Numbered from the stretch's first letter, positions 1 to 12,307 are shown. The stretch is 64,000 nucleotides of DNA from Octopus sinensis (GCF_006345805.1 NC_042998.1:1860001-1924000), one strand, 5' to 3'. Notes: generated from the letters alone by a model not told the origin. A program made the numbers and translations.

Positions 1-2694
1 ATTTCCATCTCATTGTATTGTCACTCATTCTTTCAGTATTCCCTCATTACCCTGTCTAGCTCAAAACATTTTTTTCGTTTAGACTTGTCTCCAGGTTCAT
101 AGCCACTCTGATTTTTCAATTTTTCAATTTTTCAATTTTTCAATTTTTCGTTTAGTATTGTCTCCCGATTCATACAAACCCATTTGCTAGCTCACGATTA
201 ACAGAACCTCTTTACTCAGCTACGGTGTTATATTAGCTATCAATAATGATATTCCCTCTGATTTTTCTGATTTTCAAACCTATTTATCTAATGTTTATTT
301 ATCGACAATGCCGTCCCCAGTCAAATTCCCTCACACCGCTTTGTCACGTGTCCCTTGACCTCTCTCTCTAACTAACCGTATCTCTCTCTCGCTATGTCCC
401 CCCTTCCCATAACCATCATCGCCATGGTCCTCTATGCCCCCCCTCCCCAAAACCATCATCGCCATACATAAAAGAGCCATCGCATTTATCGTTAACCCAC
501 TCGCTTCAAAATATCTAAAGAATACGCACAGATCATGAATGGCTAAAAGTTAAGTGAATCGTCCAACCTTGCTACGACTACCTTCTTTCTTGCACTTATC
601 CTTATTCTTTCTCTATTCTTCAATTTCCATCTCATTGTATTGTCACTCATCTTTCAGTATTCCCTCATTACCCTGTCTAGCTCAAAACATTTTTTCGTTT
701 AGACTTGTCTCCAGGTTCATAGCCACTCTGATTTTTCAATTTTTCAATTTTTCAATTTTTCAATTTTTCGTTTAGTATTGTCTCCCGATTCATACAAACC
801 CATTTGCTAGCTCACGATTAACAGAACCTCTTTACTCAGCTACGGTGTTATATTAGCTATCAATAATGATATTCCTCTGATTTTTCTGATTTTCAAACCT
901 ATTTATCTAATGTTTATTTATCGACAATGCCGTCCCCAGTCAAATTCCTCACACCGCTTATTGTCACGTGTCCCTTGACCTCTCTCTCTAACTAACCGTA
1001 TCTCTCTCTCGCTATGTCCCCCCTTCCCATAACCATCATCGCCATGGTCCTCTATGCCCCCCCTCCCCAAAACCATCATCGCCATACATAAAAGAGCCAT
1101 CGCATTTATCGTTAACCCCACTCGCTTCAAATATCTAAAGAATACGCACAGATCATGAATGGCTAAAAGTTAAGTGAATCGTCCAACCTTGCTACGACTA
1201 CCTTCTTTCTTGCACTTATCCTTATTCTTTCTCTATTCTTCAATTTCCATCTCATCGTATTGTCACTCATTCTTTCAGTATTCCCTCATTACCCTGTCTA
1301 GCTCAAACATTTTTTTTGTTTAGACTTGTCTCCAGGTTCATAGCCACTCTGATTTTTCAATTTTCAATTTTTCAATTTTCGTTTAGTATTGTCTCCCGAT
1401 TCATACAAACCCATTTGCTAGCTCACGATTAACAGAACCTCTTTACTCAGCTACGGTGTTATTAGCTATCAATAATGATATTCCCTCTGATTTTTCTGAT
1501 TTTCAAACCTATTTATCTAATGTTTATTTATCGACAATGCCGTCCCCAGTCAAATTCCCTCACACCGCTTATTGTCACGTGTCCCTTGACCTCTCTCTCT
1601 AACTAACCGTATCTCTCTCTCGCTATGTCCCCCCTTCCCATAACCATCATCGCCATGGTCCTCTATGCCCCCCTCCCCAAAACCATCATCGCCATACATA
1701 AAAGAGCCATCGCATTTATCGTTAACCCCACTCGCTTCAAAATATCTAAAGAATACGCACAGATCATGAATGGCTAAAAGTTAAGTGAATCGTCCAACCT
1801 TGCTACGACTACCTTCTTTCTTGCACTTATCCTTATTCTTTCTCTATTCTTCAATTTCCATCTCATTGTATTGTCACTCATTCTTTCAGTATTCCCTCAT
1901 TACCCTGTCTAGCTCAAACATTTTTTTTCGTTTAGACTTGTCTCCAGGTTCATAGCCACTCTGATTTTTCAATTTTTCAATTTTTTTCAATTTTTCAATT
2001 TTTCGTTTAGTATTGTCTCCCGATTCATACAAACCCATTTGCTAGCTCACGATTAACAGAACCTCTTTACTACTCAGCTACGGTGTTATATTAGCTATCA
2101 ATAATGATATTCCCTCTGATTTTTCTGATTTTCAAACCTATTTATCTAATGTTTATTTATCGACAATGCCGTCCCCAGTCAAATTCCCTCACACCGCTTA
2201 TTGTCACGTGTCCCTTGACCTCTCTCTCTAACTAACCGTATCTCTCTCTCGCTATGTCCCCCCTTCCCATAACCATCATCGCCATGGTCCTCTATGCCCC
2301 CCCCCAAACCATCATCGCCATACATAAAAGAGCCATCGCATTTATCGTTAACCCCCACTCGCTTCAAAATATCTAAAGATACGCACAGATCATGAATGGC
2401 TAAAGTTAAGTGAATCGTCCAACCTTGCTACGACTACCTTCTTTCTTGCACTTATCCTTATTCTTTCTCTATTCTTCAATTTCCATCTCATTGTATTGTC
2501 ACTCATTCTTTCAGTATTCCCTCATTACCCTGTCTAGCTCAAACATTTTTTCGTTTAGACTTGTCTCCAGGTTCATAGCCACTCTGATTTTTCAATTTTT
2601 CAATTTTCAATTTTTCGTTTAGTATTGTCTCCCGATTCATACAAACCCATTTGCTAGCTCACGATTAACAGAACCTCTTTACTCAGCTACGGTG
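1..2694. repeat. Tandem array of a ~619-bp unit (~4.4 copies visible, continues off the left edge)
   Basis: Landmark GTGAATCGTCCAACC recurs at 554, 1174, 1785 and 2410 (periods 620, 611, 625). Copies are near-identical apart from indels and a variable (TTTTCAA)n tract. The array stops abruptly at ...CTCAGCTACGGTG (2694). Confidence 0.95.
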
Positions 2695-5600
2695 CACCCG
2701 CCCTCCCACCCCCACCACGCATGCCGGAAGTTCCTATTCTCTTCCATTCCGGGGTTGCTTCCCATGAAGACTGCAAATGCTCTCACCATCCATACCCCTC
2801 CCTACCCCTAGTCTCGACCTATGTAAGGTAATGTTCATACAGTGCAAAATATGAAAGGCTAGCGTTATGCAGGTTGTACTGAAGGCTACTTTACTACTTC
2901 ATTTCTTGCACATGAATTCTGCCAAATGCGAGCTTTCTTTTCAGGTACACGAAGCTACTGTCCACCGTCCCAGGGTCTCTAGAGCCCATGCCTTCCACAC
3001 ACCCTCAGGGTTGGCACCCTCAACGTTGGCACTCTGAAAGGTAGGTCTGGTGAGATAGTCGAGATGCTTGAACGGAGATGTGTGGATATATGTTGCATGC
3101 AAGAAATAAGGTGGAGAGGAGGATCAGCTAGGTTCCTCACAGGCAAGGAACGCAGGTACAAGATTTTCTGGGCAGGGAACACTGACGGGGTTGGTGGCGT
3201 GGGTATACTTATCGCTGAGAAATGGGTAGATAAAGTAATTGAGGTAATCAGAGTAAGTGACAGAATACTTAAGATTAGATTAGTGCTTCATCATAGTTTA
3301 GCAACCATTATATCAGCCTATGCTCCTCAGTCGGGGCTACCCGATGGACAGAAAGACCGATTCTATGACACTCTACTGCAGACTACCTCATTGACGTACG
3401 ACAGAGACCTTATCTTTGTGGCTGGTGACTTCAATGGTCACGTTGGACGACATGCTGGGGGCTTCCATGGCGTACATGGAGGCTATGGCTATGGCTCCCG
3501 CAACGAGGAGGGAACCAGGCTGCTGGAGTTCTGCGATGCAAATAATCTTATGATTTGCAACACTAACTTCAGGAAACCTACCAGCCACCTAGTCACTTAC
3601 CAATCGGGCCAACATACCAGCCAAATTGACTACATCCTTACAAGGCAAAGGGAGAGATGGCTGCTTATAATGCCAAAACCTTCCCAGGTGAAGAATGTAC
3701 CCCACAACAGACTGGTAGTTAGTGACTTTAGGATCAGGACTAGGAGGACAACCAGAAGACGACAAATATGGAGAAGAAGGATCTGGAAGCTTAAAGATCC
3801 TGCAAATGGACAGAGATTTAGGGACATATTACTTGAAGCCTCTGACGAAGTAGAAGGGGATAGAGCATCACAGGGGTAGAAGACAGCTGGACGTTTCTAA
3901 GGGACAACCTGCTGAGAGCCACTGACCAGATCTGTGGCTGGTGCAAAGTCCCCTCTCGACCTAGAATAACGTGGTGGTGGAACAATATTGTAGACAGGGC
4001 TATTAGAGAAAAGAGACAGGCTTGGAAGGTCTGGAAAAATGGGGGTAGCAGGGAATTGTATCAGACTGCCAAAGAGAAGCTAGGAGACAGGTTTATTTAG
4101 CCAGAGGGGAAGCAGATAAGAAAAAATTTGCCAATGTTCTGCGCCGTGAGGACCAAGACTGGAGGTGTTTCGTGTTGCAAGACAGTGTTTGAGAGAGAAT
4201 CGTGATGTGGTAGGAGAGAAGTGTGTTCGCATGGAAGATGGTTCACTTGCGCTAAATGAGGATGCGAAGAGAGAGGTTTTGAGATGCCACTATGAAAGGT
4301 TGCTGAATGAAGAAAATGAATGGGATAAAGAGAGTCTGCCGAATGTTGACCCAACAGAGGGACCAGCTATCCGAGTTGATAGTTCTGTGGTAGCTAAGGC
4401 AATTAGAAGCATGAAGACGGGAAAGCCCCAGGCCCATCAGGAATCACTGCAGAGATGCTCAAAATGTCTGGTAGTGTCGGCTATAGCCTAGTCACCCATA
4501 TAGTTAATCAGGTGATACAAAGGGGTCATACCCATGACTGGTGTAGCAGTATAATAGTCAACTGCTACAAAGGTAAAGGTGATGCCCTAGATACAATAAC
4601 TAACAGAGGTATCAAGCTGTTGGACCAGGTGATGAAGGTTACGGAGAGGGTCATAGCCCAACTAATTAAGAGAGAGTTAGTTTAGATGAGATGCAGTTTG
4701 GGTTTGTGCCAGGGAAAAGTACTACTGATGCTATATTCCTGGTAAGGCAGCTGCAGGAGAAATACCTAGCCAAAGATAAGCCCCTGTACCTGGCTTTTGT
4801 TGACATGGAGAAAGCCTTCGACAGGGTCCCCCGATCCCTTATCTGGTGGGCAATGAGAAAACTAGGGATAGATGAATGGTTAGTGAGAGCTGTGCGGGCC
4901 ATGTATAGGGACGCCGCTAGTAGGGTGAGGGTGGAAATGAGTACAGTGAAGAATTCCGGGTAGAGGTAGGGGTCCACCAAGGCTCAGTACTCAGCCCCCT
5001 CCTATTTATCATAGTCCTCCAGAAATAACGAGGAATTCAAGACAGGATGCCCTTGGGAGCTCCTCTATGCTGATGACCTTGCTCTAATTGCTGAGTCGCT
5101 ATCAGAACTGGAGGAGAAGTTTCAGGTGTGGAAACAAGGATTAGAATCGAAGGGCCTCAGAGTCAATCTAGCTAAAACCAAAGTCGTAATCAGTAGGAAG
5201 GTAGACAAATCACAAACACCTTCAGGTAGATGGCCCTGCTCGATCTGTAGAAAAGGTGTAGGTAGAAACTCTGTAAGATGCACCAAGTGTAAGCTATGGA
5301 CACATAAGAGATGCAGCAATGTCAAAGGAAGGCTAACTAGGAAGATGGTTTTTGTATGTGGCAGATGCTCAGGAACAATAAACACTGAAAATGCTCTGAG
5401 ACCAACTTCCGTCACTTTCCAGGGAGAAAAACTAGAAATAGTTGATAGTTTCCGTTACCTAGGTGACCAAGTCAGCAGCGGGGGTGGGTGTGCTGAAAGT
5501 GTAACTGCTAGAGTAAGAATAGCTTGGGCAAAGTTCAGAGAGCTCTTACCTCTGCTGGTGACAAAAGGCCTCTCGCACAGAGTGAAAGGCAGACTGTATG

Positions 5601-6618
5601 ATGCGTGTGTACGAACAGCCATGCTACATGGCAGTGAAACATGGGCCGTGACTGCTGAGGATATGCGTAAGCTCGCTAGAAATGAAGCCAGTATGCTCCG
5701 ATGGATGTGTAATGCCGGTACTCACACTCGGCAGAGTAAGTACCTTGAGAGAAAAGCTGGACCTAAGAAGCATCAGTTGTGGTGTGCAAGAGAGACGTTT
5801 GCGCTGGTATGGTCATGTGGCGAGAATGGATGAAGATAGTTGTGTGAAAAAGTGCCACACCCTAGCGGTTGAGGGAACCTGTGGAAGAGGCAGACCCAGG
5901 AAAACCTGGGACGAGGTGGTGAAGCACGACCTTCGAACTTTAGGTCTCACTGAGGAAATGACTAGAGACCGAGACCTCTGGAAGTGTGCTGTGCGCGAGA
6001 AGACCCGGCAGGACAAGTGAGTCCACAACCCCGTGGCCTTCTACATGGGATGGAGCCAGCCTACGTATGCATACCTTCCCTTCTTGGGACACAAAACTCT
6101 ACTTGTGAAGACGTTTGAGGCAAGTGAGGATCAGAATCGAAATCGATCAATGGAAATTGCGGATGTGCTACCAGTGCCGGTGGCATGTCGAAACTCTGCT
6201 TGTGAAGACCCATTGAGGCAAGTGAGGATCAGAATCGAATCGATCAATGGAAATTGCAGATGTGTTACCAGTGCCGGTGGCATGTAAGAGAACTTTCCGT
6301 TTCGCGACCGTTGCCAGCACCGCCCGTTTCGTGTCCGTTGCCAGCCTCGCCTGGCCCTCGTGCCGGTGGCACATAAAAAGCACCATCCTTTCGTGGCCGT
6401 TTGCCAGCTCTGTCTGGCACCAGTGCGGGTGGCACGTAAAAAGCACCCACTACACTCACGGAGTGGTTGGCGTTAGGAAGGGCATCCAGCCGTAGAAACA
6501 CTGCCAGATTTGACTGGGCCTGATGAAGCCTTCTGGCTTCACAGACCCCAGTAGAACCGTCCAACCCATGCTAGCATGGAAAACGGACGCTAAATGATGA
6601 TGATGATGATGATGATGA
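2695..6618 (+). mobile_element. RTE-clade non-LTR retrotransposon, near full length, with several frameshifts
   Basis: APE endonuclease motifs (LRVGTLNVGTL, CMQEIRW, AGDFNGHVG, SQIDYIL) from 3004. RT motifs MQFGFVPGKSTTDAIF, FVDMEKAFDRVPR, GVHQGSVLSPLLF and YADD at 5066-5077. RTE-type C-terminus (RRLRWYGHVARM...GRGRPRKTW). ~600-bp 3' UTR ending in a (TGA)n tail. Confidence 0.95.
3004..6020 (+). pseudogene. RTE ORF (APE endonuclease + reverse transcriptase + Cys/His finger), split across ORF-track pieces 3064-3879, 4165-4491, 4455-4685, 4691-4963, 5126-5833 and 5682-6020
   Basis: Consecutive ORF fragments in different frames are collinear with the RTE domain order. Many breaks are 1-nt indels, which could be decay or assembly error. 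Confidence 0.9.
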
Positions 6619-6653
6619 ATATATATATATATATATATATATATACATTATAT

Positions 6654-6683
<30 letters not shown>

Positions 6684-6684
<1 letters not shown>

Positions 6685-7040
6685 CTCTTATTATAAAAGG
6701 CAGATTTTATCTGCCTCCCTTTGGGAGTTATGCAAATCTACAATATAGGATTTCTTCAATTACAATTTACCTCGCATTTTGAGAGTACAATGCATCGCGT
6801 CATGCCAGGTCCAGTTTTTAAAATTTAAACTCCAATTAAAAATTTACAGAAAACTCACGTTCTGGTGTGGTGTGTCAAATGCTTTCTTAGTCTGGTTTAC
6901 AGCACACGCAAACGCACACAAACAGTGGGCAGCGAATAAAATGAAAGTAATTTACTTACTGTAGTGAGTGATTCTTTCACTCTGCCTCCCACTTCCTCTT
7001 TCAACACATACACACGCAAATATATAAATAAAATTGTAAG
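6684..7040 (+). mobile_element. Probable non-autonomous Helitron-like element (5' part)
   Basis: Begins A|TCTCTTATTATAAAAGG after a (TA)n tract, similar to the 5' end of the complete copy at 8236. No 3' CTRR end recognised. Confidence 0.35.
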
Positions 7041-7059
7041 CTAACGTGCGTGTGTGTGA

Positions 7060-7095
<36 letters not shown>

Positions 7096-7191
7096 GTGTG
7101 AGGGTGCGCGCGCGCGTGTGTGTGTGTGTGTGTGTGGGTGTGCGTGAGTGTGTGACAGGAAAGTTTTTTACGACGAATATAAGTAGCAGAA

Positions 7192-7455
7192 AGATAAGAC
7201 AGTAAGGTGTGATTTGAGGGAGATTTGGCTGCTATTTCTACCATGTCTAGCTGCCATGTAGGGGTCTCCCTCATAGGCTCATACATACATATATACATAG
7301 ATAAGACAGTAAGGTGTGATTTGGGGGAAATTTGGCTGCTATTTCTACCAGGTCTAGCTACCATGTAGAGGTCCCCCTCATTGGCTCATATATATACATA
7401 CATAAGACAGTAAGGTGTGATTTGAGGGAGATTTGGCTGCTGTTTCTACAGGTCT
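7192..7455 (+). repeat. ~105-bp tandem repeat, about 2.5 copies
   Basis: ATAAGACAGTAAGGTGTGATTTG(A/G)GGGA(G/A)ATTTGGCTGCT recurs at ~7192, ~7299 and ~7402. Confidence 0.85.
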
Positions 7456-7813
7456 GTTAGGCCTTCTCATGTAAACTCAAGCTTTCTCATGCCTTGAACA
7501 TAAGACCAAAGCAGAGAATGTATTCTTTTATTCTTCTGCTTTTTCCAGCCATTGGTCTGTGCCATGCTGGGGCAATGCCTTGAAGAATTGTAGTTTAATG
7601 AATCAACTCCAGTTTTATTTTTGTAAGCATTGTACTTATTCTATCTGTTTCCTTTGTCAAACCACTAGGTGACAGGGATGTAAACAAACCAACATTCGTT
7701 GTCAAGCAGTGGTGGAGGACAATCACAAGCACAGACACGCACACACACACACATACATGCATACATATACACACATACATACATACATATATATATATGT
7801 GTGTATTTATATA

Positions 7814-8070
7814 TTGCAGCGTGGAAGGTGTTTGTAAGCCATTTAAGAAACACACAAAAACCGTTACATTCACTTCAACATTTAAATTTAATTTGCCAAA
7901 TATTTTCGTTGCTTTGAGACCGCGACCTGTTCACTGACAAAAATATCGTGCTAACAGGTCGCGGTCTCAAAGCGATGAAATATTTTGACAAATTAAATTT
8001 AAATGTTCAAGTGAATCTAACGGTTTTTGTGTGTTTCTTAAATGGCTTATAAACACCTTCAACGCTGCAA
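7814..8070. repeat. Fold-back inverted repeat, ~118-bp arms with 21-nt loop
   Basis: 7814-7931 (TTGCAGCGTGGAAGG...GACCTGTT) is the reverse complement, with few mismatches, of 7953-8070 (AACAGGTC...CCTTCAACGCTGCAA). Confidence 0.9.
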
Positions 8071-8235
8071 CTGTTTTCGTTCCAGCACACGATCTCAGAT
8101 CAAGTCACTTGCTATGCAAGTACATCTCTGTAACTATATATATATTATATGTATATATATATATATATGTATATTGGTAAAAACAGTAGATAACAAAGAA
8201 AGAAAGAGACCTCAATATTATGTAAATAGAGGAAA

Positions 8236-8620
8236 TCTTTATATATAAAAGTGAGGTTGTGTGTCTGTCTCCTACGATTTAGATTCCTAACTACTCCCAC
8301 ATTTTGCGGTGCATTTAACCAAAACGGGTATCTTATAGTCGTGATTCATATCGAGACCGTCTGGTATTAGCGCGCGTCTACGATGAGTCTACGATTTAAA
8401 AAAATTTACCATCAATTTTTCCCATTTTTAATCCATTTTTGACATATAAAGGGAAGTAACTCTCTAAAATTTATTATTAAATCTCAGAACGTAAAAAGCT
8501 ACAGTAACACCCCCCTTTGTGGTTAGCCATATTGAGATGGCTATTATACTTTACATCTCTAAAAATGCTTATATAATTATTTCCCTTACAAACCCGAGCA
8601 ACGCCGGGCGATACTACTAG
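8236..8620 (+). mobile_element. Non-autonomous Helitron
   Basis: 5' A|TC start, GC hairpin CCCGAGCAACGCCGGG (8593-8608), CTAG|T 3' end, inserted between A and T with no TSD. These are the canonical Helitron termini. Confidence 0.8.
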
Positions 8621-8679
8621 TATATATATATACATACATATATATATATATACCTTCCGATACATATATATATATATAC

Positions 8680-8710
<31 letters not shown>

Positions 8711-8749
8711 CATACATATATATATATACATACATATATATATACACAT

Positions 8750-10386
8750 AACGTTTGGTGCCCCTGATGTCTTAGCGGCGATAAACGAAATAAAACACAA
8801 TTCAGCAGTAGGCCCCGATAGGTTCCCTGCTTGTGTCCTGAAGGTGTGTCAACACCAACTTGCATCTCCCCTTGCTAATCTGTGGAGAAACTCACTGGAT
8901 GCTGGCTATATTCCAAAAAACCTTCTGTCCCAGTCTGTTGTCCCAGTTTTCAAAAAGGGAAACAAGTGAACTACCGTCCGATCTCACTCACCTCTCATAT
9001 CATCAAGGTATTTGAGAGGGTGGTGAGATCTCGAATAACCCAATTTCTGGAAAGCAACAGACGGCTGATCTCTAACCAACATGGGTTCCGTAATGGAAGG
9101 GACTGCCTAACGCAGCTCCTGCATCACTTTCATGACATTTTGAGAGCTTGGGGAAAGGGCTCCAACACCGATGTCATCTACCTTGATTTCAGTAAGGTTT
9201 TCGACAGGGTCGATCACAAGATCCTATTGAAAAAACTATCCAACATTGGTGTCTCTGGAAAGTTACTGAAATGGATCAAGTGTTTCCTGACAGACAGATC
9301 TCAACATGTTGTAGTTGAAGGGGTAAAATCAAGCCCAGCCAAAGTCAGTAGTGGCGTTCCGCAAGGCACTGTGCTGGGCCCACTTCTTTTCATCATCTAC
9401 ATTAATGACATCATCAAGCACAGCAACATAAAAATCTTTGCAGATGATTCCAAGCTACAGAAGGTCATAAATAAGGCGAGTGACCGAACACGCTTTCAGT
9501 CAGATCTACTGGCTGTTATCCAATGGGCAGAAAAAAACAATATGCTGCTGAACGAGGATAAATTTGAGTTAATCCACTTTGGAAAAGAGGATGCCCTGAA
9601 ACTCTCATACTCCCTTCTTTCAGGTGAAACTCTCGTGGCATCCAACAACATCAGAGACTTGGGAGTAATGGTGGACAACAACATAAGCTGGGCCACTCAT
9701 ATAAACACCAAAGTTGACATGGCCCGCAGAATGTGTTCCTGGATTCTCAGAACTTTCCAGTCAAAGATATCCACACCATTATCCTTCTCTTCTCCACTTT
9801 TGCCCGACCCCACCTTGAATACTGTTGTCCACTGTGGTCTCCCCACACAAAACAAGTATCATAAAAGTTGAAGCACCTCAAAGGCAATCACAAAAAAGAT
9901 AGAAGGCATGACAGGCCTCGACTATTGGGGTCGACTAGAAAAGCTAAACTTTATTCTCTCCAACGTCGTCGTGAGCGCTACATCATCAGCATGATGTGGA
10001 AAATATTCCATCAGCATTGCCCAAATGATGTTGGTATCACCTTTAAGGTACATCCAAGGCTTGGGCCCCGTGCCATCCGCCCAAAACAAAAATCGCACTC
10101 TCATCTCATAACAACAACACGGCACAATTATTTCACCTCAATTGGCCCCGCTCTCTTTAACATTACACCAAAACACATTAAAACAGAAACAGACCCTATA
10201 GGGTTCAAGAAGTCTTTGGACAGATTCCTTCAAGAAATCCCGGATAAACCCCCTACACCCGATATGTCTCTGTAACAATAACTCTCTACTGAGTGGGCCA
10301 TAGTGCCCAAATTCTGACTTGAAAGACTTCACCAGGTGGTGCTATTAAGTTAGACATGGCCGAAACCTATCAAAGTATCAAAGTAT
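8750..10386 (+). mobile_element. CR1-type LINE, 5'-truncated (RT domain to 3' tail)
   Basis: YRPISLTSHIIKVFER, QHGFR, YLDFSKVFDRVDH, GVPQGTVLGPLLFIIYIND, FADD (ORF 8882-9871), C-terminal piece 9868-10275, tail (CAAAGTAT)n. Confidence 0.92.
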
Positions 10387-10554
10387 ATGTATACACATAC
10401 ATAATATATACATATATATATATACATATATATATATACATATATATATACATATATACATATATACATATATATATATATACATATATATATATACATA
10501 TATATATAACATATATATATACATACATATATATATACATATACATATATACAT

Positions 10555-10599
<45 letters not shown>

Positions 10600-10742
10600 A
10601 CATATAGATCAATAAATGGTGGGGTTGTGTTTGACCGCACGTGGAGAAATGTTAAGTAAGAAAAATCTTTTTAAAAATGCAGAATGCTCAAATGAAAGAA
10701 AATTTTAATAAAATGAGAAATGATAAAATATATAAATATATT

Positions 10743-10783
10743 TATTCAACCGGTTTTCGTCATTGTATGACTTGTCAAGAATA
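10743..10783 (-). ncRNA. Minimal type I hammerhead ribozyme-like motif (U3-A8 core variant) in the Penelope pseudo-LTR
   Basis: Minus strand: TATTC-TTGACAA-GTCAT ACA ATGAC-GAAA(A)-CCGG-TT-GAATA, read as stem I / 7-nt core / stem II / GAAA / palindromic stem III / UH / stem I. Activity is untested. Confidence 0.65.
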
Positions 10784-12307
10784 TCTATGTTTTAAGAAGT
10801 TATTTTAAAAATTAGAAAGGGGAAAAAAGAAAATTGCATTGTTTTTTGTAAAGAATAATGATAAAAATGTAAAAAATTAAAAAATAAGTTCTCCGATACA
10901 TTGTGAGTTCGTTGTGTATCTTGAGTTTTATGGTTGTTTACCAAAAAATTACCTTGAGGTGTTAAGATCCAAAGGGATTAAGAGCATGTGATGTTGTTGT
11001 GTTGTTAAATTCAGCATGTTGCAGGACAGGAAGTAGTAGTAATTGTGGTCCTGGTTCTTCAGTTCCTGTGTTGTGGGTAAGGGGAGACAACTCTTTTGAG
11101 TTCTTCAATAAAACCCAATTATAAAACTATCATTTTAGCTTCATTTGCATTATCTTTTTATATAATGCTTGTTAACTTAACTTTCAGATTTTAACACTTT
11201 ATTTATATTATTTTCTAATAATATAAATCTGCATAGACAATTGCATTCAAATTGTCATATCATTTAATAAAAATGATAGTAATAACAACAATAGTAAAAA
11301 TGATATTTAAAGAATATAAGTTTTAGCTTGAAGTGATGAATGCATGGTATCTTTATATATTTGGGTTAGTCCATCCATGAAGAGTGAGGTAGAGAAAGGA
11401 AGTTTGATCAACGAGGAGTTTGCATATTAAGTTGTGTTTGGAATTTTTCAATAAAGAGATTCTCCTTGTTAATTCTCTCCTGAGTGGTGATCCCGTCTTT
11501 ACATTGGTAGAAGGGGAATATATAAATTTGGGGTTTAAGTCTTTAGCACATGAGTCTAAGTGGTCACTCAGTGGAATTTGTCGGTATTCCGGAGATTTAT
11601 TTGTTCTTTATGCACCGTTACTCGTTTACGTAACGGGAGACTCGTTTGTCCAACATAATATGTTGGCAACCAGCGCATTGTGAGAACGTAGATAAGGTTC
11701 TCGGAGGAACAGGAGAAGTAGTCTTGATTTTAAACTTCGTACCTTGTTTGAAGGTAATTCAGAGCCTTCAAGTAGAAAGGGGCAGGTAACCACAGTTTGA
11801 GCGTGCACATTTTTTTACTGTTGGGGGTGGATGTGGTGTGTGAAGTTTGGCATTTGTCAAGAGTTTTTTTAAAGATTTGTGTTGCCTTTTGCATTTGAGG
11901 ATTTTTTGTGTATTTATAATGTTTTTCATTTTTGGGTCTGTTGACAGTAGACTGAGGTTTTGTATGATTGTGGTGTATGCTTCGATATTTTTGGGGTTGT
12001 GGGTGGAAATGTCTGGAAGTATTTTGAGGTTGTGTGTGGTGTTAGGTTGGGTGGTTTTCAGTGTAGTGTTGTCTAGTTCTTTGGCGCGTTTTATTCCATA
12101 CTCTATAAGGGTGGGAAGGTGGAGGTATTGACGTTGTAATATTGTGTTTTTGAGGTCTTGAATGCGTATTCTCGTTTTTTTGGATCCGAGACAATGGTGC
12201 ATACCCTTTTTAGCTAAATTGAAAGGGATATTTGTCTTGCAAAAAACAATGCAATTTTCTTTTTTTTCCCCTTTCTAATTTTTAAAAATAACTTCTTAAA
12301 ACATAGA

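Noticed and set aside
554-2622. Repeated 60-73 aa ORFs in the tandem array
   Set aside because: Low-complexity translations whose frames are not preserved between units. No recognisable domain.
1-2694. Array as CRISPR or as a hammerhead-bearing retrozyme
   Set aside because: Units are wholly repeated with no unique spacers, the DNA is eukaryotic, and no cas genes are present. The only core-like match (TTGAAAA on the minus strand) is the (TTTTCAA)n tract, with no supporting stems.
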